Shown here: positions 26,369 through 34,740 of the stretch, piece after piece
Layout of the letters: each line of letters starts with the position of its first letter
How positions within the stretch are numbered: position 1 is the stretch's first letter
NCBI GenBank assembly: GCA_051004015.1
Contig: JBPCKT010000135.1
Coordinates: 6,598-70,597 of the forward strand
DNA: 64,000 nt
DNA from: Pirellulaceae bacterium
GTDB lineage: Bacteria > Planctomycetota > Planctomycetia > Pirellulales > Pirellulaceae
Direction of reading: 5' to 3'
Program-made: the position numbers and the translations under genes
Notes under the pieces: generated by a model
What the model saw: only the letters and a program-made list of their open reading frames with translations
Databases searched by the model: none
Told to the model about the DNA's origin: nothing

Positions 26369-27352
26369 CTACTCCATTGCCTGCATGGCGGCTAGGACCT
26401 CGCGTCGGGCAATGCGAGGATCATCCATGCAGAGCTGCAAACTTGGTGGAGAATCTGGCTGTCGGCGAAGGACGTCAAGACGTTTGCGTACTATCTCCAG
26501 TGTCGGATCACGGTTGTCAAGAACGACCACTAGCCGCGGCTGTTGAACCAACGAACGATACTCTTTCAGCCTTCCCAGCGTCTCGCTGTCGCGGCAAGTT
26601 TCATTCGCGTGGAGCAAACATTCGGCTTCATCAAATTCAAAATCGGCCCAGAAATCCGATACGATCCAAGGTTTCTCCGAAAGGCGCGCCGAAGACGCGA
26701 GGGCTTCCGCGTTCCTTTGACGCTGTAGGGAAACTGCTTTTTCCATCCATTGCCTTGTTCCGAATGTCTCAATCAGTGTATCGGAGTGCGACCATCCGTG
26801 AATCACGCTGCAGGTCGTGATTTGAATGAGAGAGTCAACGACCTTCTCGAAATCCTCCTTGACGCACGAAAAGGCAACGTACCTTGGGGTGGAATCGAGG
26901 TTGTGTCGCAATCTTTCCACCGTCCACCCATTCACCGGCCACACCATTTCCCCCGCAATCTCCGCCGCCGGCTCCAAGACAAACCGCCGGTAGCACATCC
27001 GGGGATGCGGCAGCTCCAAGGTGGGCGTCTTGCACTCAACCCGGCCATAGAGCAGCAAATCCAGGTCAATCACCCGCGGCCCCCAGCGCTCCTCGCGCAC
27101 CCGGCCAATCTGGTCCTCCATCGCCAGCAGTTTGGCGAGCAGCTCCTCCGGCGACAGGGACGTATCCAATCGGGCCGCGGCGTTGAGGAATGCACCCTGC
27201 CCTTCAGGTCCGCCCGCCGGCTTGCTCTGGCGAAAGCTGCTGACAGCCTCGACACGAATCCGTGGCTCCTTGCTGAGCAGCTCGATCGCCCTTTTGAGCG
27301 CAGCGTTCCTGTCGCCAAGATTTGATCCGAGTCCGACGAGTGCAGTCGCCAT
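26369..27352 (-). CDS. folK: HPPK (FolK) fused to a roughly 170-aa C-terminal domain of unclear function, possibly a degenerate deoxynucleoside-kinase-like domain
   Basis: LVGLGSNLGDR, GPRVIDLDLLLYG and LELPHPRMCYRRFVLEP are HPPK motifs. ATG at 27352 fits the canonical N-terminus. The extension has no visible Walker A motif. Confidence 0.85.
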   Translation of the reverse strand: MATALVGLGSNLGDRNAALKRAIELLSKEPRIRVEAVSSFRQSKPAGGPEGQGAFLNAAARLDTSLSPEELLAKLLAMEDQIGRVREERWGPRVIDLDLLLYGRVECKTPTLELPHPRMCYRRFVLEPAAEIAGEMVWPVNGWTVERLRHNLDSTPRYVAFSCVKEDFEKVVDSLIQITTCSVIHGWSHSDTLIETFGTRQWMEKAVSLQRQRNAEALASSARLSEKPWIVSDFWADFEFDEAECLLHANETCRDSETLGRLKEYRSLVQQPRLVVVLDNRDPTLEIVRKRLDVLRRQPDSPPSLQLCMDDPRIARREVLAAMQAME

Positions 27353-27381
27353 CACCCCATTATAGGGATGGATGGCCTTTC

Positions 27382-27885
27382 TCAAGCTTGCTTTTCCGGC
27401 GGAAAACGGATGTTCCCCGGCTGCGGATCAAAGTAATGGATTCCGTGCCCCCGGAGTGCGGCCAGCACTTTGCGGACGAGCGGCCATTGGTGGGGTTCGT
27501 AGAGCTCTTCTCGGTCCGCCCACAAATCGACAAGGGCGTCATCCGAAAAATCCGGCGGCTGGTCGAGGTAGGCTTTGCCGAAATCGAGGACACACGGCGG
27601 AGCCACAATACTCATCTCGACGACTTGGAGTATATTGTCATAATCAATCAGGTACGGCACGACGAATCCCGCGAGCACTGCGACTTCATCCTCGAGCAAC
27701 CGGCGGTAACAGTCTCGCTCGCGAAGATAGGTTTCGTTTCGCTCGATGACTTTGATGGCCGAATTCCGAGACGATTTCCAAACAGCTCCATCCATTCCAA
27801 ATCCCAGCCGTTCCCCCAGCTGAATCTGCTGCTTTGCGGCGTATTGAGCTGCGATGCTTTCAGCCTGGTGCAAGGAGAAGGTCAT
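27382..27885 (-). CDS. Small protein-kinase-like protein (168 aa) ending just after the catalytic-loop-like motif
   Basis: ATG at 27885. Gly-rich loop LGFGMDGAVWKS, then AIKV, then HGIHYFDPQPGNIRF. No DFG segment. More A/T-rich than its neighbours. The ORF-track start at 28104 adds an implausible S/T/R-rich extension. Confidence 0.5.
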   Translation of the reverse strand: MTFSLHQAESIAAQYAAKQQIQLGERLGFGMDGAVWKSSRNSAIKVIERNETYLRERDCYRRLLEDEVAVLAGFVVPYLIDYDNILQVVEMSIVAPPCVLDFGKAYLDQPPDFSDDALVDLWADREELYEPHQWPLVRKVLAALRGHGIHYFDPQPGNIRFPPEKQA

Positions 27886-28147
27886 GATTGCCCCCGCGGA
27901 AAGCCTGTCCACGGATGTTGACGGTTGGGTCATCATCGAAGATGTGCGGCACCCATTATGGCAGATCGGACCGGATCGATTGATGCTACGGCAGCCTATC
28001 GCCTTCTCTCCACGGCCGGCAGAGGTGCTGCTCTCCATCGACGGCGTGGAAAACCGCATGCGGGTCTTTTTCTCCGAGGGAAGTTCGATCTCCTCCCCAT
28101 TCATCGCGTATCGAAAGCTCGATGATACTGCGACGGAAGCAAGTTAA
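27884..28147 (+). CDS. Hypothetical small protein (87 aa)
   Basis: ATG at 27884 overlaps the divergent ATG in TCATGA. Globular-looking composition (DGWVIIEDVRHPLWQIGPDRLMLRQPIAFSPRPAEVLLSIDGVENRMRVFF). GC3 cannot separate it from the antisense frame, because both share third codon positions. Confidence 0.4.
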   Translation: MIAPAESLSTDVDGWVIIEDVRHPLWQIGPDRLMLRQPIAFSPRPAEVLLSIDGVENRMRVFFSEGSSISSPFIAYRKLDDTATEAS

Positions 28148-29340
28148 GCCGCTTGCTGGGCCGGCTCAGTTTCGACCGGGGCTTCCGGTGGGTGATGGGT
28201 TCGCGGCTCGGCTTCGCCCAAGATCACGCCCAGCGGTTTGGTGACGTCAAACTGGTCACAGATGATTTTGGCGACGGCCAGGAGCGGCGCCGCCATCAAG
28301 CCGCCGGCGATTCCCCACAGCCAGCCCCAGAAGAGCACGGACAAAATGACGGCCAGCGGCGAAAGCTGCAGCCGTTTGCTGAGCGTCATGGGCGTGACGA
28401 AATAGCTCTCGATAAACGTAATCACGGCGAAGCAGCCGGCGACCAGGCCTCCCCAAGCCAGAGATTCGTGCGTCACCGATCCGACGAAGAACAGCACGAT
28501 CATGCAGACAAATGCCCCGACATGGGGGACGTAGTTGAGCAGCGTTGCCATCACACCCCACAGGATCGGGTTGGGTAGGCGCAATGCCCACATGGTCAAA
28601 GCCGTGACCACCCCCAGGCCGATGTTAATGATGGTCACCGTGAGCAAGTAACGACTGACGCCGACTTCGACATTTTGCACAAGTTGCACGATGTTCTTCT
28701 TTTCATAGAACAGCTCGCGGGATTCCACCGCTTGCTTCAGCAGCACGTCGGACAGGGCCAGCAGAAAGAACGCGACCACCAGCACGATGATCGACGACGC
28801 AACGACGTGACCACTGAAGCCGAGCACCGTGATGGTCAGCTCTGGATTGGAGACTTCCACGGGGACGGTCTTGGGACCGTCGTCCGACTTGGTGAGATCC
28901 TCGACGGCGTCCTTGGTCTTCTGAAAATCCCCCATAGGACCGGAATTGGAGCGAAGCATTGTCCGGACGCGGACCACCGTCTCCGGGGCATACACCAGCC
29001 ACTCCTGCGCTTGGCCGGCCAGTTTGTATGCCCCGAATGCGAGGAGGGCTGAAACGCCTGTAATCAGGATGGCGGCGGACGCAAAGTCCGGCAGATGCAG
29101 CTTTCCCATCCGCCGGAGCAGTGGCCGCAGCAACAGTGCAAGCAACACCGCCAAGACCAGTGGAATCAGCAAGTCCCGCGCGAAGTACATCGCCCCGATG
29201 ACCGCCAGGCCGCAGAGCACGACGATGGGCATGCTGGCCCGCGGACGAGGCGCGAGTTCCACCAATTCCTCAGCCGCGGGACTGACTCCTGGGCGGACGG
29301 TTGCCCTCTTGGGAGTCAACTCTTCAGAGGCGGCTGGCAT
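28144..29340 (-). CDS. AI-2E family transporter (PerM/UPF0118)
   Basis: ATG at 29340. Multi-TM protein with LNYVPHVGAFV and LSPLAVILSVLFWGWLWGIAGGLMAAPLL. The upstream 440 aa of the 840-aa ORF are antisense to a real plus-strand gene. Confidence 0.9.
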   Translation of the reverse strand: MPAASEELTPKRATVRPGVSPAAEELVELAPRPRASMPIVVLCGLAVIGAMYFARDLLIPLVLAVLLALLLRPLLRRMGKLHLPDFASAAILITGVSALLAFGAYKLAGQAQEWLVYAPETVVRVRTMLRSNSGPMGDFQKTKDAVEDLTKSDDGPKTVPVEVSNPELTITVLGFSGHVVASSIIVLVVAFFLLALSDVLLKQAVESRELFYEKKNIVQLVQNVEVGVSRYLLTVTIINIGLGVVTALTMWALRLPNPILWGVMATLLNYVPHVGAFVCMIVLFFVGSVTHESLAWGGLVAGCFAVITFIESYFVTPMTLSKRLQLSPLAVILSVLFWGWLWGIAGGLMAAPLLAVAKIICDQFDVTKPLGVILGEAEPRTHHPPEAPVETEPAQQAA

Positions 29341-29640
29341 GGTAGTCTCGACTTCGGTCCGTGGTGAAAGCGTCGAAGCAGGGATACGCAAAGGGCGTAC
29401 CAAGCATGACCGAGGTGCCGCGAACTGGACATTTCTTGACCGCGTAGGAGAGGGCGCTACGATGTTCTTACAGCTCTCGCGGAGCGGTGCGCGGTCCCGG
29501 TGGCCGCTAGCCCTTCGCGGAGTTGCCTCGCCCAAGACTCGATGACCGAGCGCGGCATTTCGGCCCAGTTCCCGGGCCAGCCGTGATTGCCAGCCAGGGA
29601 CGGCGCGAACGCGCATCATCATCCTGAGGAGTCTGGCAAC

Positions 29641-30699
29641 ATGGACCGTTTGCACGGCCGCCGGAGAGCGGCACTGAGCCTGGTGTATCTGGCAAGTCTG
29701 TTTGTTTTGGCAAACTTTGCGGCCCCGGCCTTCGCTGAGCTGCCGCGGGTGGTGTTCGACATGCCCTACGCGGTGAGCTGCCGGGATGTGACGCCGCCGG
29801 AATTCGCCGCGGCTAATCCGGGCGACAAGCTGATTGAGGTGAAGCTGGGCATCTCGTCCTTGCTGCAAGCGGGGAAGGAGCAAGACCTGGCCCAGTACTT
29901 TATCCGCCTGGAAACTCCGCAGCGGACGATGGAGGTGATCGACTTCCTCCCCAAGTCGGCCCGCGAAAGCCTGCACGGCGGCAACACGGTGGTGACCAAG
30001 AACTCCGAGACGACCCTCTCGCTGGGCATCAACATCACCGGCCATTACCAGGCGTTCACCGGCACGGCCATCACTCCCGGCATCAGCCAGAAAAACGGCA
30101 CCTGCGTGAAGGTTGAAATGCTGCCGCCGCTGGAGACGGTGACGGCCAGCGGCACCATCCTCCGCGGCCGCGGGGTATACTTCAAGCTGAAATCGTCGCA
30201 GCGGAACCTGCTGGAAGGAGAGCGGGACTTCGCTGTGATCGTGCGTGTCCCCAGCGGCTGGCGCGGCGATTACTTGCATGTCCGCTGCGAAGCGGAGGGG
30301 ATCGCTCGCGGCCTCGTCAGCTCGCTGGACCAGCGTCAGCTCTGCGGCCAGCGGGACTTCCTGATTGCCCTTTATCTGGAAGGAGACGCCGAAGCCCGCC
30401 GCGCGGCGGAAGCACTTTCCCAGTCGGAGGTCCATCTCCGCAATGTCGCTCACGTCAAAGCCAAGGAAATCCAGCAGCGGGCCGCTCCTTCGCTTTCGAT
30501 GCAACTGGGGCTCTCCTCCGGCCCATCCCCCAGCGCCATCCCGGCCGACTGGCAAGCTCGCCTGCTGTTCAGCCATCCCTCGCGCGTTTCGATACCCAAA
30601 AAGCTGCCGAGGGAAGTGGTGCAGGCAGCGCAGGAGTTTCGAAAGTCGCAGCAATCGCTGTCTCATTTGAGCGGTTGGGTTGTGACGGCAGCGAACTAA
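29641..30699 (+). CDS. Hypothetical secreted protein
   Basis: ATG at 29641 after GAGGAG. Signal peptide LVYLASLFVLANFAAPAFA. Strong GC3 bias. No family recognised. Confidence 0.75.
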   Translation: MDRLHGRRRAALSLVYLASLFVLANFAAPAFAELPRVVFDMPYAVSCRDVTPPEFAAANPGDKLIEVKLGISSLLQAGKEQDLAQYFIRLETPQRTMEVIDFLPKSARESLHGGNTVVTKNSETTLSLGINITGHYQAFTGTAITPGISQKNGTCVKVEMLPPLETVTASGTILRGRGVYFKLKSSQRNLLEGERDFAVIVRVPSGWRGDYLHVRCEAEGIARGLVSSLDQRQLCGQRDFLIALYLEGDAEARRAAEALSQSEVHLRNVAHVKAKEIQQRAAPSLSMQLGLSSGPSPSAIPADWQARLLFSHPSRVSIPKKLPREVVQAAQEFRKSQQSLSHLSGWVVTAAN

Positions 30700-33473
30700 T
30701 CCACAAAGACAAACTCGTTGGACATCAGCAGAGCCTGAATAAATCTTTCCAGCTCCACGGCGGATGGTGCGGGGCCGAGGAACTCGTCGCCGAGCTTCTG
30801 TTCGCTCTCATCCGGCATTCTCTGCAAGAGGACCTGGTAAATCCGTTTGATTCTCCGCGCGTTATCGGGATCCGACGCGATATCCCCTCGATTGAGCACG
30901 CGCTCGCTGATTTGCTTGAGGAACGGACCATTCATCAGATAGAGGGCCTGGGGGGAGACCGTCGTTAAGTCCCGCTGGGGGCTGCTGGCGTTGGGGCTGG
31001 GGAAATCGAAGACGCTGAAGATGCCGGGAAGGTCCTGCCGGTCGATGAAGGAATACATCGTCCGCCGCGGTATGAAGCTCGCGCCAAGCAGATCTTCCGA
31101 TTTGCCGCCCAAGCGGGAATCTAACTGTCCAGTGATAGCAACCAATGAATCTCGCGTCGTTTCAAAATCGAGCCGCTGCCGGTTCATCTTCCAGAGCAGC
31201 CGATTCTCCGGGTCAGCCGCTAGTCCTTCCGGCCGGTCAAGACTTTGCTGTTGCCACGTTGCCGAGAGCAGAATCTGGCGATGAATTTTCTTCAGCGACC
31301 AGCCGCTACGGACGATGTCCCTGGCCAGGTAGTCGAGCAGTTCGCCGTGCGATGGCGGGTCGCTCCGCAGGCCGAAGTCACTGGGAGTGCGAACCAGACC
31401 TTCGCCGAAATGCCAGAGCCAGGCCCGATTTACGAGCACCCGCGACGTCAAGGGATTGACGGGATCGACAATCGCCTTGGCCATCTCCAGCCGCCCGCTC
31501 CCCTGCGTGAAGGGCTTCCGGTCCTTGCTGGCCACCGCCACGAACTGCCGCGGAACCGCGTCGCCGGGGCGATACGGATTCCCCCGCAGAAAAATCCGCG
31601 GCTCATAGGGCTCATCATCCACAAGCACCATCGCTCGCGGCGGCGCAGCCGGCGCGGTCATCAGCCAGGTTTCCACGTCCTTGAGCAATCCCTGATAGAC
31701 GCCCTGCGAAGCACGATCGGGCAGCAGCGTCAAAAAGCCCCAGCCAAAAAGGAGCGGGATGTTGGCAGGGACACCGTCCGCATAAATCTCCTGCCGCAGC
31801 TCCTCTTCCGCATTGTCCGCCAGTCGGGCTGGTGGAGGCTCCTTCCTTTCCACCGCTTGCTTGAGTTGCTCCTTCCAGTTGGCGTCGATTCGCTTGAGAA
31901 GCTCGCCGTAAACGATAGCAACATCGTTTAAGGAGGTCAGAGGTTTTTCGGCCAGTTCCTTGAGCACGAGTGGATTGACCGCCGTACTCTCTTTTGCAAG
32001 CAGCGAGATTACTCCCGGCGATTTCTCGCTGAATTGTTCCACCGGAAGTTCTGCCAGCACGTGCCACGGATGCCACACCGGATGCGGCGACGATTTTGAC
32101 TTCTCCAAGTAGTTCTGCCACCGCACGATCATCGCCGGATTCAGTTCTCCCGGATCGGTCAGGAGCATGAAGTCTTCCACCGCCGGCTTCTTCCGCGCGG
32201 CATCGGCAGCCAGCAAGTATTCAGCGCCTCGCGTCCGGGCGCCGGCAACGATGGTGGCATGTTTTTCCTGCACGAAGGCATCCAGCTTCTGCTGCCGGCG
32301 GGCGAGCTCGAAGGTGAACTTGGGATAATCCTCGCCCTCCGTCGGCGGCGGAGTGAACTCCGGCAACACCAGCGGTTCACTGCTGCTGCGGAGGATGCCG
32401 TAGAGGGAGTAATAGTCGGCTGTCGGAATGGGGTCATATTTGTGATCGTGGCAGCGGGCGCAGGTGACGGTCAGCCCCATCAGGCCGCGGGTGACGACGT
32501 CGATCCGGTCGTCCAGGATGTCATGCACGTTCCCCATGTAGTGCGGGCCGAGCGTGAGAAACCCCATCGCCGTCAGCGGCCGCTTGTCCTCCCCCATGTC
32601 CAGTTGATCGGCCGCCAGTTGCTCCACGATGAAGCGGTCAAAGGGGCGATCCTCGTTCAGCGAACGAATAACGTAGTCGCGGTAGGTATAGGCCCACGGG
32701 TAATTCTTCTCCTCGAAGAAGACGTACCCCTTGTTGTCCGCGTATCGGGCCACGTCGAGCCAGTGCCGGCCCCACCGCTCCCCATAGCGGGGCGACGCGA
32801 GCAGCCGATCGATGAGCCGCGGCCAGGCGTCGGGGGATTGGTCCTGCTCGAACTCCGCGACTTCTTCGTAGGTCGGTGGAAAGCCGAGCAAATCGAAGTA
32901 CGCGCGGCGAATGAGGGTTCGCTTATCCGCCTGAGGTGAAAGCGAAAGCTTGGATTCTTGGAGTTTGGCAATGACGAATTTATCGAGCGGCCCTTCGCCG
33001 CCGGCAACCTCGGGAACCGCCGGCTTCACCACCGGCTGAAACGCCCAGTGCACTTTCCAAGCATCTCCCGCCTTCACCGGCACCCCTTCCGGCCATGGCA
33101 AACCAAGCTCCACCCAGCGAGTGATCACGGCTACTACCTCCGGCCGCAGCGTGCTATTCGGCGGCATCTGCAAATCCCCTTCGCGACGGATTGCCTGGAC
33201 CAGCCTGCTCTCTTTGACGTTGCCGGCTACTGCGGCAGGGCCTTCATCGCCACCTTTCAAAACCCCCTCTCTCGTATCGAGCCGGAGCCCCCCTTCTTGC
33301 TTCTGCGGTCCATGGCAGGAAAGACAATTGGCGGCCAGCAGAGGGCGAACCTGCCGTTCAAAGAAATCGAGTTGCTCGGGGGAGAAGCCCTTCGCCGGGT
33401 CCGCACCCTGGGCCGTACCCATCACGAAGTGGACTGCAAGAACTAGCACGGCTATGGCTATTCGCTGTCGCAT
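30696..33473 (-). CDS. PSCyt1 cytochrome-c-like, DUF1549 and DUF1553 protein
   Basis: Signal peptide, CLSCHGPQKQEGGLRLDT, RRAYFDLLGFPPTYEEV, CARCHDHKYDPIPTADYY and a C-terminal LLMSNEFVFVD. Confidence 0.9.
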   Translation of the reverse strand: MRQRIAIAVLVLAVHFVMGTAQGADPAKGFSPEQLDFFERQVRPLLAANCLSCHGPQKQEGGLRLDTREGVLKGGDEGPAAVAGNVKESRLVQAIRREGDLQMPPNSTLRPEVVAVITRWVELGLPWPEGVPVKAGDAWKVHWAFQPVVKPAVPEVAGGEGPLDKFVIAKLQESKLSLSPQADKRTLIRRAYFDLLGFPPTYEEVAEFEQDQSPDAWPRLIDRLLASPRYGERWGRHWLDVARYADNKGYVFFEEKNYPWAYTYRDYVIRSLNEDRPFDRFIVEQLAADQLDMGEDKRPLTAMGFLTLGPHYMGNVHDILDDRIDVVTRGLMGLTVTCARCHDHKYDPIPTADYYSLYGILRSSSEPLVLPEFTPPPTEGEDYPKFTFELARRQQKLDAFVQEKHATIVAGARTRGAEYLLAADAARKKPAVEDFMLLTDPGELNPAMIVRWQNYLEKSKSSPHPVWHPWHVLAELPVEQFSEKSPGVISLLAKESTAVNPLVLKELAEKPLTSLNDVAIVYGELLKRIDANWKEQLKQAVERKEPPPARLADNAEEELRQEIYADGVPANIPLLFGWGFLTLLPDRASQGVYQGLLKDVETWLMTAPAAPPRAMVLVDDEPYEPRIFLRGNPYRPGDAVPRQFVAVASKDRKPFTQGSGRLEMAKAIVDPVNPLTSRVLVNRAWLWHFGEGLVRTPSDFGLRSDPPSHGELLDYLARDIVRSGWSLKKIHRQILLSATWQQQSLDRPEGLAADPENRLLWKMNRQRLDFETTRDSLVAITGQLDSRLGGKSEDLLGASFIPRRTMYSFIDRQDLPGIFSVFDFPSPNASSPQRDLTTVSPQALYLMNGPFLKQISERVLNRGDIASDPDNARRIKRIYQVLLQRMPDESEQKLGDEFLGPAPSAVELERFIQALLMSNEFVFVD

Positions 33474-33644
33474 GGTTCGATTCTACTCGGTCAGGGCGGC
33501 TCATTCAGGCCGCAGCCCATAAGGGTTTTGAAAGCCCTTCGATCCCCCCGACGGGACTATTTTTATTCAGGTTTTCAAGGTCGTTTTTCGCGGACTTACG
33601 TCGAGCGGTCTCGTCGCAAGTCGTTATGTATACAATTGTTTCAA

Positions 33645-33691
33645 TGATTCAAGTCGTCCTAAGTCTGATTCATCGCCTCGTTCTTGATTCA
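33645..33691. promoter_or_regulatory. Three copies of the palindromic heptamer TGATTCA spaced 21 and 19 nt apart
   Basis: TGATTCA at 33645, 33666 and 33685, inside the A/T-rich part of the 640-bp divergent intergenic region. Confidence 0.35.
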
Positions 33692-33746
33692 TCCGCGGCG
33701 GTGTATTCCCCATAAGGTTTTTTTCGCTTCCGTCGAGGCTCTGGAT

Positions 33747-33840
33747 TTAACCGCAGAATACGCGGAGGGGCGCAGAGAAGAATCTCAGGAACGGCGAGGC
33801 ATGCCAATGTCCCCTCCGCGCCCCTCTGCGTTCTCGGCGG
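33747..33840. repeat. TTAACC-initiated imperfect palindrome with CGCRGAGGGG-type reiterated arms
   Basis: Left arm CGCGGAGGGG-CGCAGAGAAG (33761-33780). Right arm CCCCTCCGCG-CCCCTCTGCG (33811-33830). TTAA at 33747-33750. Confidence 0.7.
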
Positions 33841-34114
33841 TCATTCCCTACTGCTGCCATTGCCCCGTGCCCCTTATCCTGTATGTCCGGATGCATTATA
33901 CACTATTGTACACTTAGGAAAGGCCGCCGGGTGCGTCCGCTCGCGAAAAAGTCGAAGATTCTTTGTCGGGTTGCGCCGGGGGAGGCCCAAGGGCGAGGAT
34001 GCGAAAGAATCGTCCGTTTGAGGCTGATGCGAGAACTGCGAAGTCCACCATGCGAACCACGATGTGGTTTCCAGTGTAGAATGGATTGGTCCGCCTATTC
34101 ACCACGGATAAACC

Positions 34115-34720
34115 ATGGAATCCTCCCTGCTTGAGCTCGTGTCAGTTCCACCGGAAGCGGTGCGCCGTTTCACGGTGGACGAATACCACGCCATGATCCA
34201 GGCGGGTATTCTGACGCAGGACGATCCCTATGAGCTCATCGAAGGCTGGCTGGTTCCCAAGATGACACGCAATGCACCGCATGACTTGTGCGTTCAAAGA
34301 CTCCAGCGAATGCTCATGAAGGTCCTGCCCAGTGAGTGGCTATGTTTCGTCCAGTCGGCAGTGACCCTGACCGATGGCGAGCCGGAGCCGGACATTGCCG
34401 TCGTTCGCGGCCCGGACGAGCAGTATGCAACCCGCCATCCGCACGGGCCTGATATCGCGATGGTGGCCGAAGTTGCGGACAGCAGCCTCGTTCGTGATCG
34501 AGACACCAAGTTCCGTTCCTATGCGCGTGCGAATATCCCCGTCTATTGGATCGCCAATATTTCCGCGGATGTGCTGGAGGTCTATACCCAGCCCGGCGTC
34601 GACCAGGACGGAGAGCCGACATACCTGATACGGCACGATTTTCAGCGGACGGACGTTGTCGCCGTCGTTATCGCGGGCAACCCATTCGCGACGGTCAAGG
34701 TGAGTGAGTTGCTGCCGTAA
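34115..34720 (+). CDS. Uma2-family (DUF820) endonuclease
   Basis: FTVDEYHAMIQAGIL..YELIEGWLVPKM..PEPDIAVV..MVAEVADSS...D...K...YARANIPVYWI. Confidence 0.85.
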   Translation: MESSLLELVSVPPEAVRRFTVDEYHAMIQAGILTQDDPYELIEGWLVPKMTRNAPHDLCVQRLQRMLMKVLPSEWLCFVQSAVTLTDGEPEPDIAVVRGPDEQYATRHPHGPDIAMVAEVADSSLVRDRDTKFRSYARANIPVYWIANISADVLEVYTQPGVDQDGEPTYLIRHDFQRTDVVAVVIAGNPFATVKVSELLP

Positions 34721-34740
34721 GTAATAACCAACTCCGCACC

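Noticed and set aside
29341-30666. N-terminal 440 residues of the 840-aa minus-strand ORF 28144..30666
   Set aside because: The AI-2E transporter homology starts at the ATG at 29340. The upstream part is antisense to a plus-strand gene with a signal peptide and strong codon bias, and it crosses a 300-nt promoter-like spacer.
33474-33485. GGTTCGATTC, resembling a tRNA T-loop
   Set aside because: The flanking bases do not form a T-stem, acceptor stem or anticodon arm. The site abuts the start codon of the PSCyt gene. No tRNA-like cloverleaf was found anywhere in the window.
33684-33917. 77-aa plus-strand ORF in the large intergenic region
   Set aside because: It is read straight through the palindromic repeat (…TAEYAEGRREES…PPRPSAFSA…). 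There is no RBS. Such peptides are translation artefacts of the repeat family.
33916-33935. GGAAAGGCCGCCGGG, reminiscent of the RNase P RNA GGAAAGUCCGGGC motif
   Set aside because: The other universally conserved RNase P blocks (the ACAGAA and GGUAAGAGCGCACC regions) are absent from the surrounding 600 nt.
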